A DNA stretch of 25,814 nt from a candidate division WOR-3 bacterium (GCA_039801565.1 JBDRUX010000027.1:1-25814), one strand, 5' to 3'; shown: positions 1-9,452, counted from the stretch's first letter. Translations and numbers: made by a program. Notes: a model not told the origin generated them from the sequence alone.

Positions 1-56
1 TTTGGTTTGGCGCCAGGGGTGTTCCCACCCCTGGGTCTCTTCTGTTTTCTCGTCAT
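1..56 (-). CDS. 5' end of a hypothetical protein running off the left edge (MTRKQKRPRGGNTPGAKP...)
   Basis: ATG at 56-54, GGAGAAAGGA SD at 71-62, extended -10 promoter immediately upstream; open to the window edge. Confidence 0.7.
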   Translation of the reverse strand, partial: MTRKQKRPRGGNTPGAKP

Positions 57-82
57 ATTTATCCTTTCTCCATTTTGCAGAC

Positions 83-110
83 ATTATAGCACATAACTAC
101 TTATAGCCAA
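83..110 (-). promoter_or_regulatory. sigma70-type promoter for the left-edge gene
   Basis: TTGGCT (110-105), 16-nt spacer, TG-C-TATAAT (91-83). Confidence 0.6.
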
Positions 111-485
111 TTTGTCTCTTGGGAGGGGGTATCGTATAGGGGGTGACCCCGTAGGCTGTCCCCTAAGTTACCCAGTAGGTTGCCTAGGGAGTTGCTTCTG
201 GGGTTAGTTGGTAGACAGGTTGGGGAGCAGACTGGGAGGCAAGTGAGGAGGCTGGTTAGGGGATTGCCTCGGAAGCGACCCAGTAGGCAACTTGGGGAGC
301 AACCCAGTAGGTACCTCCGCAGGTCACCCAAGAAGCAACCTCCGACACTGCCTCATTATTTTGCTAATCCCTAAAGCCTATGCCCTAATCACTGATTTTG
401 GGCTGCGTTGAAAATAGTTCAAACTGGTTCAATTGTTTAAATCGTTTGTCTAATCTTGATTTTTGATATGCAATAAATCGCACCG
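100..485 (-). repeat. Copy 1 of a ~370-bp dispersed element (GTGCGATTTAT end, 9-mer repeats, 4x7-mer, 19x12-mer array)
   Basis: Reverse complement aligns to 13123-13490 along its length. Confidence 0.93.
127..354 (-). repeat. Tandem array of 19 degenerate 12-bp units, consensus ~NRRGYNRCYYMC
   Basis: Parsed by hand with no indels, from GAGGCAGTGTCG to TATACGATACCC; GC-rich island in AT-rich DNA. Confidence 0.92.
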
Positions 486-603
486 CTATTCTTTGGCAGA
501 ATAAATTTCGACATCCATTATGAATTTTAAAATAGTATAGAATTGACAAAAACCTTGACTGGATTGCATTCCAACATCAAAATAATAAAAGAAAAAATTT
601 CTC

Positions 604-632
604 TCGACAAAGGAAAGATTTTTTGTTATAAT
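604..632 (+). promoter_or_regulatory. sigma70-type promoter
   Basis: TCGACA, 17-nt spacer, TATAAT with TG extended -10. Confidence 0.6.
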
Positions 633-680
633 ATATATATAAGTAATCCAGCCATTAATCCCCCAGATAAAGGAGCAGTA

Positions 681-908
681 ATGGTAGTGGTTAAACGAAT
701 AAATCAATCCAAGCCGATTAGTCCGCAAGAATTTACGAATAATAACTATGAACCCCAATTCTTCTGGTGTGCCAAATACGCTCGGCTAATTGAAGATAAT
801 GCAATTGCCCAAAACCAGTGTCAAAGGATTAATTGTTCTCATCTCCTGCGGGCTTGGCGGGCAAACAACCCAGTAAGAACGGCTGGGCATTTCGCTTCTT
901 GGCTTTAA
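681..908 (+). CDS. Small hypothetical protein (75 aa, three Cys plus His)
   Basis: AAGGAG SD before ATG 681, promoter at 604-632, palindrome right after the stop; start refined from ORF 543..908. Confidence 0.6.
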   Translation: MVVVKRINQSKPISPQEFTNNNYEPQFFWCAKYARLIEDNAIAQNQCQRINCSHLLRAWRANNPVRTAGHFASWL

Positions 909-909
909 T

Positions 910-928
910 TTGACCCGAATCGGGTCAA
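910..928. promoter_or_regulatory. Perfect inverted repeat TTGACCCGA-A-TCGGGTCAA (terminator or operator)
   Basis: 9-bp arms between the small ORF stop and the next promoter. Confidence 0.5.
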
Positions 929-948
929 GGACAAGAGGACTTCGCCCC

Positions 949-977
949 TTGACTCAATTGGCTTTTGCTTTTAAAAT
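949..977 (+). promoter_or_regulatory. Promoter for a probably leaderless flavin reductase mRNA
   Basis: TTGACT-17-TAAAAT; GTG start 6 nt after the -10; no SD. Confidence 0.6.
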
Positions 978-983
978 TAAAAT

Positions 984-1499
984 GTGGCAAAAGCCGAAAT
1001 TAAAGATTTTAGTTCGGTTCTCCGAAAATTTCCTTGTTTTCCTTGTGTTTTAGTCACAACCCAGAATAATATTATTACGATTGGAATGGTTCATATCTTT
1101 TCATTTGCGCCACCCTTAGTTGGCATCGGTGTCTCGCCTCGGCGCTACTCTTTTAATCTCTTAAAGCAAAGTAAAGAATATGTGATTAATATCCCAACGA
1201 AAGATTTATTGACCCAAGTTGCATTCTGTGGTGAAAAGTCAGGACGAGATTGTGATAAGTTTGAAAAGACTGGCTTAACTAAACAACCATCATTAAAAGT
1301 AAAAACTCCCTCAATCGCCGAATGTCCGCTTAATATCGAATGCAAGATAATAAACGAGGTTGAGACCGGCGACCATACCTGGTTTATCGGCGAGGTGGTT
1401 GCGGCGCACATTGATAGCGACTATGACCCAGAAGAAACAATCCTTTACTGGGGCGGTCACTACCGCGTCCCAGGAACGGTAATTGGTAAACGATATTAA
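984..1499 (+). CDS. Flavin reductase family protein (DIM6/NTAB)
   Basis: Motifs PCVLVTT, EYVINIP, CGEKSGRDCDKF, IAECPLNIECK, GDHTWFIGEVV. Confidence 0.92.
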   Translation: MAKAEIKDFSSVLRKFPCFPCVLVTTQNNIITIGMVHIFSFAPPLVGIGVSPRRYSFNLLKQSKEYVINIPTKDLLTQVAFCGEKSGRDCDKFEKTGLTKQPSLKVKTPSIAECPLNIECKIINEVETGDHTWFIGEVVAAHIDSDYDPEETILYWGGHYRVPGTVIGKRY

Positions 1500-1534
1500 A
1501 CTTATTGATAAATACTTTATCTAATATTAAGAAA

Positions 1535-4375
1535 ATGCGGCTGACAGCCTTGCTTTTAACCATTTTTAGTCTAACACTTTCCCAATACTATTTTAGCAAA
1601 AATAAAGTTCAGTATCGGGATTTTGATTTTAAGACCTTGGAGACCGATAACCTCAGAATCTATTTCTATAGCGGTGGTGAGAATTTGGCCGAGTTCGTTT
1701 CGAAAATCGGTGAGGAGTTCTATCAAAGATTGAGCGAAGAGCTTTCGGTAAAGATTGAAGGAAAAATTCCAGTTATTATTTATAATTCACCTAACGAATT
1801 CGAACAGACCAATGTTATTTTAGATATCATTGAGGAGTCGGTGGGCGGTTTTTCCGAATTGTTCAAAAACCGGGTCGTTTTGCCTTTCACTGGCTCTTAT
1901 TCCGAATTTCGCCATGTCATCGCCCATGAATTGACCCACATCTTTGAATTTGAGATGTTCTACAAGCCGAGATTGGCATCAATTCTTACGCTCATCCCGG
2001 ATTTTCAGATTCCGCTTTGGGTGATGGAAGGATTTGCCGAATTTATTTCCACGACCCGGGAATTGAACTCTGATGTCTTTATGCGCGATTTAGTCATCAA
2101 CGAACGATTAGTACCAATTGACCGTCTCACTGATGACCAAGGTTATCTCTGTTATCGGGAAGGCGAAGCAATCTTTCGGTTTATTGAAGAAAGATATGGC
2201 AGAAAAAAAGTGATTGAATTCTTACATAATTTAAAGTTGAAACGCAATCTAACCAGCGCCTTTCAAGCCAGTTTTGGAATGAACGAAAAGCAATTTAGTG
2301 AAAAATGGGAAGAGTATCTAAAAATCAAATATTGGCCCCAGATTGTTAATAAGGCGAATTTCGATAAGATTGCTAAACTCCTAACTAATCATCGCGAAGA
2401 TGGTTCAACTTATAACACTTCACCGGCAATATCGCCCACTGGTACAAAAATCGCTTTTATCTCGGACCGGCGGGAATATACTGATATCTATGTTATTTCC
2501 GCAATTGATGGCAGGATGTTACGCCGATTGGTAAAGGGCGAACGGTCAGCTGGGTTCGAATCGGTCCATCTTTTCCGAGGTGGTATTGATTGGTCAAGTG
2601 ATGAAAAGTTCATCGTCTTTGTTGCTAAGAGTGGCGGTAAAGATGGTATTGTAATCTGCGAATACCCTTCTGGTCGAATTAAGAAACGTTTGGTCCTTGA
2701 TTTAGATGGAGTCTATTCACCTTCCTTATCGCCGGATAATCAAAAAGTGGTCTTTGTTGGTGTGAAAAATGGTTTTTCGGATATCTATGTTGCCAATATC
2801 AATACTGGTGATTTAGAGAAGATTACTTACGATATTTACGAAGACCGTGACCCATCATTTTCGCCCAGTGGTGACACCATTGTCTTTGTCTCGGACCGAC
2901 CGCAAGACGGTGAATGGGAGCCGGGCTCGTTTGCTATTTTCCTTAATCCACAACCAAATTCTTTTCAACCATTGACCGGGCGATTAGATTATTATGCCTA
3001 TCCAATTTTTACCCCGGATGGCAAAAATCTAATTTATACCGCTGGTGATTCTTCTTATAATCTTTATGTTCATTCTTTAACCGAGAATAAAGTAACCAAT
3101 CGCACCAAATTTTTGGGTGGTGTCTATTATCCAAGTATTTCCGCTGATGGTGAAAAACTGACATTTTCCTATTATTCCAATCTTGGTTGGGATATCGCCA
3201 TAATTCGCGAACCGTTAACCAAAATACCGGTTGCAGAAGTTCCAGAATCATTGGTGATTGAGACTAGACCGAGTTATCAAATTGAAGGGATTGATTGGTC
3301 AAAAGTGAAGCCTTACATTTTCAGTCTTTCCTTGGATTATGCAATCGGTGCTGCGGGTTATTCAAGTTATAGCGGTGTGGCTGGCACCGCCGCAGTCGCA
3401 TTTAGCGATGCTTTGGGTAACCACCGTTTTTATATTTATACTGACCTCTATCGCAGTCTGAGTAATTCCCAGTTCTATCTCTCTTATTGGTTTTTACCCA
3501 AGCGGATTGACTGGGGATTTGCAATCTTCCAGTATTTTGATTACCCTGAACTATATTCAAATTATATCTATTTGCAACAAAAGCGGGGCATAGATATTCT
3601 TGCTTCTTATCCATTCAACAAGTTCTTCCGTTTTGAAGCGGGATTTATACCGGCACTTTGGCAAAATGAAGTATGGCGTTATATTAGTAACCAGCAAGGG
3701 AGCTACTGGTATCAGGATACTGTATTTGGCGAAAAGATATTCATCCTCAGTCAGGCACTGATATTTGATAATACCTATTGGTTATGGACCGGACCGATTC
3801 GAGGTACCAGGACCCGAGCCGAGGTCTATCAAACAATTTTTTCTGACCGTTCGTTCTATACCGGTTATGTTGACTTTCGCAATTATCAAAAACTTGCCCC
3901 AAGATATACCTTAGCCACCAGGTTAGCGGCAATTGCCAGTTTTGGTCCGGATGCCGAAAGGTTTTATTTGGGTGGGGAATATGTCCGGGGTTATGAATTT
4001 TACGAATTCTATCAGCAGATTGGTACCAAACTCGCTTTATTCAACTTAGAATTGCGCCATCCTTTTATTGACCGTTTCAAACTCGCCTTTCCTTTGCCCA
4101 TTGACATAAGAGATATTCGAGGCGTCACCTTTATTGATGCCGGAATGACCCTGCGCGATACAATTCGTGATGCAATTTGGGAAAATGGTCGGTTTAAAGA
4201 CTTGAAAGTAGGAATTGGAGCGGGAATAAGATTCTATATCTCTTATTTCCAACTTCGTTTAGATTGGGCATGGCCATTGTCCGAATTGCGTCAACAAGAG
4301 GTTGGTGAACCAGAACCGGGCAAGGAACGGAAAAGAACCCTTGCTTTCTATTTTAGCATCGGTTCGGATTTTTAG
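1535..4375 (+). CDS. Omp85/BamA-family outer membrane protein with N-terminal zincin (peptidase MA-like) domain and PD40/TolB-like beta-propeller
   Basis: Signal peptide, HELTH plus downstream EGFAE, PD40 repeats (SPTGTKIAFISDR, SPSGDTIVFVSDR), LGGEYVRGY loop, FIDAG, terminal FSIGSDF; ATG 1535 preferred. Confidence 0.88.
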   Translation: MRLTALLLTIFSLTLSQYYFSKNKVQYRDFDFKTLETDNLRIYFYSGGENLAEFVSKIGEEFYQRLSEELSVKIEGKIPVIIYNSPNEFEQTNVILDIIEESVGGFSELFKNRVVLPFTGSYSEFRHVIAHELTHIFEFEMFYKPRLASILTLIPDFQIPLWVMEGFAEFISTTRELNSDVFMRDLVINERLVPIDRLTDDQGYLCYREGEAIFRFIEERYGRKKVIEFLHNLKLKRNLTSAFQASFGMNEKQFSEKWEEYLKIKYWPQIVNKANFDKIAKLLTNHREDGSTYNTSPAISPTGTKIAFISDRREYTDIYVISAIDGRMLRRLVKGERSAGFESVHLFRGGIDWSSDEKFIVFVAKSGGKDGIVICEYPSGRIKKRLVLDLDGVYSPSLSPDNQKVVFVGVKNGFSDIYVANINTGDLEKITYDIYEDRDPSFSPSGDTIVFVSDRPQDGEWEPGSFAIFLNPQPNSFQPLTGRLDYYAYPIFTPDGKNLIYTAGDSSYNLYVHSLTENKVTNRTKFLGGVYYPSISADGEKLTFSYYSNLGWDIAIIREPLTKIPVAEVPESLVIETRPSYQIEGIDWSKVKPYIFSLSLDYAIGAAGYSSYSGVAGTAAVAFSDALGNHRFYIYTDLYRSLSNSQFYLSYWFLPKRIDWGFAIFQYFDYPELYSNYIYLQQKRGIDILASYPFNKFFRFEAGFIPALWQNEVWRYISNQQGSYWYQDTVFGEKIFILSQALIFDNTYWLWTGPIRGTRTRAEVYQTIFSDRSFYTGYVDFRNYQKLAPRYTLATRLAAIASFGPDAERFYLGGEYVRGYEFYEFYQQIGTKLALFNLELRHPFIDRFKLAFPLPIDIRDIRGVTFIDAGMTLRDTIRDAIWENGRFKDLKVGIGAGIRFYISYFQLRLDWAWPLSELRQQEVGEPEPGKERKRTLAFYFSIGSDF

Positions 4376-4378
4376 ACA

Positions 4379-5632
4379 ATGTTAATTAAAAATATCAGGA
4401 CAGGGTTTGTCCCTGTCCATTTTTTCTCTATTTTGTTCATTAGCCTAATAATTATTGTCTTTGTAACCTGCACCGCAAAAATTACAAGACCGGTTATCCC
4501 AAAAGAAATTCCACCCAACGAAATTCCTAAATTTACCTTCCAGCAACTCAAAAACCAAAAATCTTTTCAGTTTCATCTCAATTTTAAGACCGATACCCCT
4601 GCTCTAATCGAAGCTGAATTCAAAGGCAGAGTTATTTTACCGGACCAAGAGGAACGGATTGGACTTTGGAACCGTTTGGGTGAAAAAGTGGCAGTTGACT
4701 TAAAAGGAATCGGCGATTTCCAATATGAGAAAAAAGAGGGCAAATGGGAAATTCATCCAAGAGGCGAAGAATCAAATATCCTAATTCAAATTGAACGGAT
4801 TTTAGTTTTTAGTGAATTCGAACTAAAATCAAAAGACTCACGACAGATGGTTTTTAATTTCAAACCCAATCTTATATTTCTCGACCCAACCCAATCGAAA
4901 AGAATGAACGGATTATTGACCATCAACAATTCCAATCTTTTGCCAATAAATATAACAGTCTCGGATTCCGCACGAACTGCTTTTTGGGAAATTCGGTTCT
5001 CTAATTTCAATCGGCAAAATAAGATTTCTCTTCCTTTCACACCCAAGGTTATGATTCAACTGATAGCGGATTCAAAGATTGACAATAGGACCAAAACACT
5101 TTTGCTTGACCGATTCCAGCAACTTGGGTTTCAGGCAAGAGTGAAGGTTTGTCGGTCGAATTTGGGACCGCTATTAGAAGTTCAATTGGAAAAAGATATT
5201 TCTGAGACCCAATTAAATCTTGTCACCAGTCAAGGTAAGGTTGAAGTTTATTCTGGCGATTGGTTAGAACCTAAAATTATTCCTGACACCCAGCAAGTGA
5301 AATACTTCCAATTCAAACCGGTCAGGCTTTACGAATTAATCCTTACCAATCAAGCAATCGAAAGTGCTTCGGCTAATTTAGACCAAGGACCAGAGCCAGT
5401 TCTTGAATTATATCTAAAAGCAAAGATTAAATCGGTTGAGAAAGGAAGATTGTTATTTCTTTTATTGGACGATGCGATAATTGGCTATACTCAAGTTTTT
5501 GATAACCAAACGATTGATAAATTACAATTCAAAGCCATCGGCGATGTGACCAAAACTCAGACCATTGCGGTAATCATTAATTCCGGAATGATGAAACTAC
5601 CCTTAAAGTTTCTATCCAAAAAAGAAATCTAA
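4379..5632 (+). CDS. Probable lipoprotein: LolA/LppX-like N-domain plus SecD P1-like C-domain
   Basis: Hydrophobic stretch ending VFVTC; beta-rich N-half ending WEIRFSNFN; C-half LILTNQAIESASANLDQGPEPVLEL...LLLDDAII...IINSGMMKLPL. Confidence 0.6.
   Translation: MLIKNIRTGFVPVHFFSILFISLIIIVFVTCTAKITRPVIPKEIPPNEIPKFTFQQLKNQKSFQFHLNFKTDTPALIEAEFKGRVILPDQEERIGLWNRLGEKVAVDLKGIGDFQYEKKEGKWEIHPRGEESNILIQIERILVFSEFELKSKDSRQMVFNFKPNLIFLDPTQSKRMNGLLTINNSNLLPINITVSDSARTAFWEIRFSNFNRQNKISLPFTPKVMIQLIADSKIDNRTKTLLLDRFQQLGFQARVKVCRSNLGPLLEVQLEKDISETQLNLVTSQGKVEVYSGDWLEPKIIPDTQQVKYFQFKPVRLYELILTNQAIESASANLDQGPEPVLELYLKAKIKSVEKGRLLFLLLDDAIIGYTQVFDNQTIDKLQFKAIGDVTKTQTIAVIINSGMMKLPLKFLSKKEI
4398..4426 (+). terminator. 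Terminator-like hairpin inside the start of the lipoprotein ORF
   Basis: GGACAGGG-TTTGT-CCCTGTCC followed by ATTTTTT. Confidence 0.45.
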
Positions 5633-5645
5633 ATTGTTCTGCTTA

Positions 5646-6398
5646 TTAATACTCTCCACGATTGAAGAAGTAGACCGCCAAAAAGGTGATAGCAATTGCG
5701 AAAACTACTAAATAACCTAAACTGAACCAAACCGAATAGTAAGAAAGCCTAAGGATTAATCCCCGAATTAAATCAACCCCATAGGTCAAAGGGTTTGCCC
5801 GAACTAAAATGTTCAACCATTTGGGTAAACCAGTTGGTGGAAACATTGAGCCACTCAAAAACCACATCGGCATAATGACAAAATTCATAATCGTGCCAAA
5901 GCCTTGAAACGAGGTCATCCGCGCCGCAATCACAATACCAATTCCGGTCAAACTGAAGGATAGTAGAATCATAACCAGATAGATTGGTAAGAGATGTAAA
6001 AGCGGAAAACGGACCTTAACCAAAGGGCTTAAAAGTAAAATGATGCTTGCCTGAATTAAAGATAAAGTTGTTCCAGCCAAACCTTTACCAATCGCAATTG
6101 AAGTTCGAGGCACCGGCGCGACCAGAATTTCTTTCAAAAACCCAAACTCCCGATCCCAGATAATTGTGATTGCCGATTGAATTGATGTAAAAATAATTGT
6201 CATTGCGACAATACCTGGAAAAATGAATTGAGTATAGTTGTAATTTCCGGTGAGCCGATAAGAACCACGTAATCCCATACCAAGAATAAATAACCAGAGA
6301 ATTGGCCGGGTAATTGAGCCATAGAGTTGACTCTTTTCCCGAAAATAGCGAATCGTATCTCTTAACCAGACCATATAGATACAGGATAAATCAATCAT
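5646..6398 (-). CDS. ABC-2 type transporter permease (DrrB-like)
   Basis: Several TM segments, DREFGFLKEILVAP, FLSGSMFP, NPLTYGVD; ATG overlaps the ATPase stop (ATGA). Confidence 0.92.
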   Translation of the reverse strand: MIDLSCIYMVWLRDTIRYFREKSQLYGSITRPILWLFILGMGLRGSYRLTGNYNYTQFIFPGIVAMTIIFTSIQSAITIIWDREFGFLKEILVAPVPRTSIAIGKGLAGTTLSLIQASIILLLSPLVKVRFPLLHLLPIYLVMILLSFSLTGIGIVIAARMTSFQGFGTIMNFVIMPMWFLSGSMFPPTGLPKWLNILVRANPLTYGVDLIRGLILRLSYYSVWFSLGYLVVFAIAITFLAVYFFNRGEY

Positions 6399-7387
6399 CG
6401 CCAAGCCCGACCCATTCGCCGCATTGTGCTTTTTAGCCGTTCGCGGCTACTGGCACTCTCATCTCTAATCTCCCGACCGGTCAGTTTCAAAAAGACATCG
6501 TCTAAGGTTGGACGCCGCGTTGTAACCGCCTTAACTGGAATAGTCAGTTCCCGCACCAATTTTGGTACAAATTCAGCCCCGTTGGGCACCTCAAAATGTA
6601 AACCATCACCATCCCTTTTTGCCTTAATATTGTATTTTACTAAAAGTTCTTTTTCGGTTAGTAAATCATCTGCTGTCTGGATGTCAACCACATCATTCTT
6701 GATTTGTGCCTTCAAGGCTTTTGGTGTATCTAAAGCGATAATTTTGCCATAATCAATGATGGCAATCCTATCACAATATTCGGCTTCATCCATATAATGA
6801 GTAGTTAGAAATAAAGTGATATTCTTTTCCCAACGCAGTTTAATTAAGTATTCCCAGATTCGATTACGGGTTTGGGGGTCAAGCCCTAAGGTCGGCTCGT
6901 CTAAAAACAGAACCTTGGGTGAATGGAGTAAACCCCGGGCAATCTCAAGCCGTCGTTTCATCCCACCTGAGAAATTCCTTACTAAATCATTAGCCCGGTC
7001 CGAAAGTTCCATCCATTCGAGAGATTGATGGATAAGGTCAGGTAATTCCTTGTTTGGCACTTTGTAGATGATGCCATGGAATCTTAAATTCTCATAAGCG
7101 GTAAGCCGGTCGTCAAGGGATGGGTCTTGAAAAATTATGCCGATTGACTTACGAACCAGACTCTGTTGCCGCAGAATATCATAGCCTGCAACCAACGCAT
7201 TACCGGCACTCGGGTGTAAAAGGGTGCAAAGCATTTTCACGGTGGTAGTCTTACCGGCACCGTTCGGACCCAAAAAACCGAAGATTTCACCAGCTTTGAC
7301 TTCGAACGAAATTCCATCAACCGCCTTAAAACCTTTGAAATCTTTAGTTAAATTGTTAACAATAATTGCTTCGCTATTGGTAATCAT
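6395..7387 (-). CDS. ABC transporter ATP-binding protein (DrrA family)
   Basis: GPNGAGKT, FSGGMKRR, LFLDEPT, TTHYMDEAE, PTLDDVFLKLTG. Confidence 0.95.
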   Translation of the reverse strand: MITNSEAIIVNNLTKDFKGFKAVDGISFEVKAGEIFGFLGPNGAGKTTTVKMLCTLLHPSAGNALVAGYDILRQQSLVRKSIGIIFQDPSLDDRLTAYENLRFHGIIYKVPNKELPDLIHQSLEWMELSDRANDLVRNFSGGMKRRLEIARGLLHSPKVLFLDEPTLGLDPQTRNRIWEYLIKLRWEKNITLFLTTHYMDEAEYCDRIAIIDYGKIIALDTPKALKAQIKNDVVDIQTADDLLTEKELLVKYNIKAKRDGDGLHFEVPNGAEFVPKLVRELTIPVKAVTTRRPTLDDVFLKLTGREIRDESASSRERLKSTMRRMGRAWR

Positions 7388-7523
7388 TGATGCTTTACGG
7401 TTGGGTAATTATAGATTGTTTTAAACCAAAATCAAGCATCGGGTTTTATTATTTGAGACTTACTTTAAGCACTTGACCGAATGGCTAATTTTGATTATTC
7501 TTATTTTAAAGAAAGGAAGCAAA

Positions 7524-8699
7524 ATGCGAAGAGTCTATCTTGATTATAATTCAAGTTCACCTTTATATCCAGAAGTGGTCGAGGCGATGTTGCCTTATTT
7601 AAAAGAACATTTCGGTAACCCTTCTAACCTTCACTTTTACGGTCGAGAGACAAGAGAAGCGATAGAAAATGCCCGAGACCAAGTGGCAGAACTCGTAAAT
7701 GCCTCACCCGAAGAAATCTTTTTCACCTCCGGTGGTACTGAGGCGAATAATTGGGCAATCAAGGGCATCGCCTACGCTTGCCAAGATAAAGGACATATCA
7801 TCTGTTCACCAATCGAACACGGTTCAGTGCTTAATACCTGTAGTTATCTTCAAACCCAAGGCTATGATGTCACCTTTCTTAATGTTGATTCTTATGGTCT
7901 AATTGACCCGGATGAAGTGAAAAAGGCGATTAAGAAGAATACAATTCTTATTACCATAATGCACAGCAATAACGAGGTTGGCACAATTGAGCCAATCAAG
8001 GAGATTGCCAAAATTGCCCAAGAAGCTGGGGTATATTTTCATACCGATGCGGTCGCCTCAGCCGGTAAAGTCAAGTTAGATGTGAAGGAATTAGGGATAG
8101 ATATGATGGTAATCTCGGCTCATAAAATTCATGGTCCGAAAGGGGTGGGCGCACTCTATATAAAAAATGGTGTCAAGATTGCACCAATCATTCACGGTGG
8201 CCATCATGAAAGAGGAATGCGGGCAGGAACCGAAAATTTAGCCGGCATTGTCGGCTTCGGAAAAGCTTGCGCAATTCTTAAAGATACAATGGATGAAGAC
8301 ATCAAGAAAATGGCACAACTTCGTGACCATCTGGAAAAAGAAATCTTTCGAAGGATTCCGGCCGTGCGCCTAAATGGACATCCTGAAAAGCGTTTAGTGA
8401 ATACAACCCATATCTCAGTGGCTTATGTTGAAGGCGAAGCGCTTTTGATGAATCTCGATTTAGAAGGGGTGGCGGTAGCATCCGGCTCGGCTTGCGCCTC
8501 AGGTGAATCCGAACCTTCACCAGTATTAAAAGCGATGAAGGTGCCACCGGAATATATCAACTCACCGGTCCGCTTCAGTTTAGGCCGAGAGAATACCCAA
8601 GAAGATATTGACTATGCGGTTTCGGTCTTAGAAAGAGTGACGAAGCGGCTGCGCGCCATCTCACCTTTGTGGAAGGAACAAAAAGTCGCTACGAATTAA
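7524..8699 (+). CDS. iscS: Cysteine desulfurase (IscS/NifS, group I)
   Basis: YLDYNSS, GNPS, FTSGGTEANN, SAHKIHGPKG (PLP Lys), ASGSAC; AAAGGA SD before ATG 7524. Confidence 0.93.
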   Translation: MRRVYLDYNSSSPLYPEVVEAMLPYLKEHFGNPSNLHFYGRETREAIENARDQVAELVNASPEEIFFTSGGTEANNWAIKGIAYACQDKGHIICSPIEHGSVLNTCSYLQTQGYDVTFLNVDSYGLIDPDEVKKAIKKNTILITIMHSNNEVGTIEPIKEIAKIAQEAGVYFHTDAVASAGKVKLDVKELGIDMMVISAHKIHGPKGVGALYIKNGVKIAPIIHGGHHERGMRAGTENLAGIVGFGKACAILKDTMDEDIKKMAQLRDHLEKEIFRRIPAVRLNGHPEKRLVNTTHISVAYVEGEALLMNLDLEGVAVASGSACASGESEPSPVLKAMKVPPEYINSPVRFSLGRENTQEDIDYAVSVLERVTKRLRAISPLWKEQKVATN

Positions 8700-8707
8700 C
8701 GAAACTT

Positions 8708-9442
8708 TTACTCAGGCAGAATAAATTTTAATCCTAACATTAGCCCAATCCCTAATAGGATAAAGATTAATTGGGCAAGGGACTCTTTTAGACTCGCTTT
8801 TGCCCGTAATTCGGGCAATAAATCTACCAGTGCAATATAAAGAAAACCGCCAGCGGCAAAAGCTAATAATGGGATTTTAAGGATATTGGTGTAAGGGCTA
8901 AGAAAATAAGTGCTTAAGCCACCAAGAATACACAGTATTGCACTTAAGAGGTTATAGCCGAGTGCCTTTTTCACTGAAAATCCACCGTAAACCAAAACAC
9001 CAAAATCGCCCAATTCTTGCGGAATCTCATGCAAGGCAACCGCAATTGAAGTGGTGAGCCCTAAGCGTAAATCCACAATGAAACTGGTCGCAATCACCAC
9101 ACCGTCAATGAAATTATGAACCCCATCGCCAATCAGATTTAAGTAAGTGAAGGTGTGGATATCACAAATTCCTTTATGACAATGGCGCCAGTAAAGAAAC
9201 TTCTCTAAGCAAAAGAAGACGATAATCCCAATGGTTAAATGGAAAAAGGCTTGATTACCAATGGTTAACGATTCAGGTAAGAGATGAAATAGCGCACCAC
9301 CTAAAAGCGCACCAGTAGCAAAACTGACCAAGGCGAAGATAATCCTTTGCAGAACTTTCTCCTTAGTGCGTAAAAAGACGATTCCGACAAGGGAAAATAG
9401 ACTAACAACTGTGGTTGCAATAATGATAAACCCAAGCGTCAT
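8708..9442 (-). CDS. ZIP family metal transporter
   Basis: HLLPES, HCH loop, GDGVHNFIDG, HEIPQELGDF, YIALVDLLPE. Confidence 0.93.
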   Translation of the reverse strand: MTLGFIIIATTVVSLFSLVGIVFLRTKEKVLQRIIFALVSFATGALLGGALFHLLPESLTIGNQAFFHLTIGIIVFFCLEKFLYWRHCHKGICDIHTFTYLNLIGDGVHNFIDGVVIATSFIVDLRLGLTTSIAVALHEIPQELGDFGVLVYGGFSVKKALGYNLLSAILCILGGLSTYFLSPYTNILKIPLLAFAAGGFLYIALVDLLPELRAKASLKESLAQLIFILLGIGLMLGLKFILPE

Positions 9443-9452
9443 TTTGAGTTGA

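Noticed and set aside
127..354. CRISPR array
   Set aside because: Contiguous degenerate 12-mers with no constant repeat or unique spacers; no cas genes
101..374. ORFs 101..331, 180..374 and 13215..13406 as proteins
   Set aside because: By-products of the GC-rich 12-bp repeat; frames not conserved between copies; no SD
486..758. Minus-strand 90-aa ORF and other short antisense or nested ORFs
   Set aside because: Overlap promoters or well-supported genes; no motifs or SD
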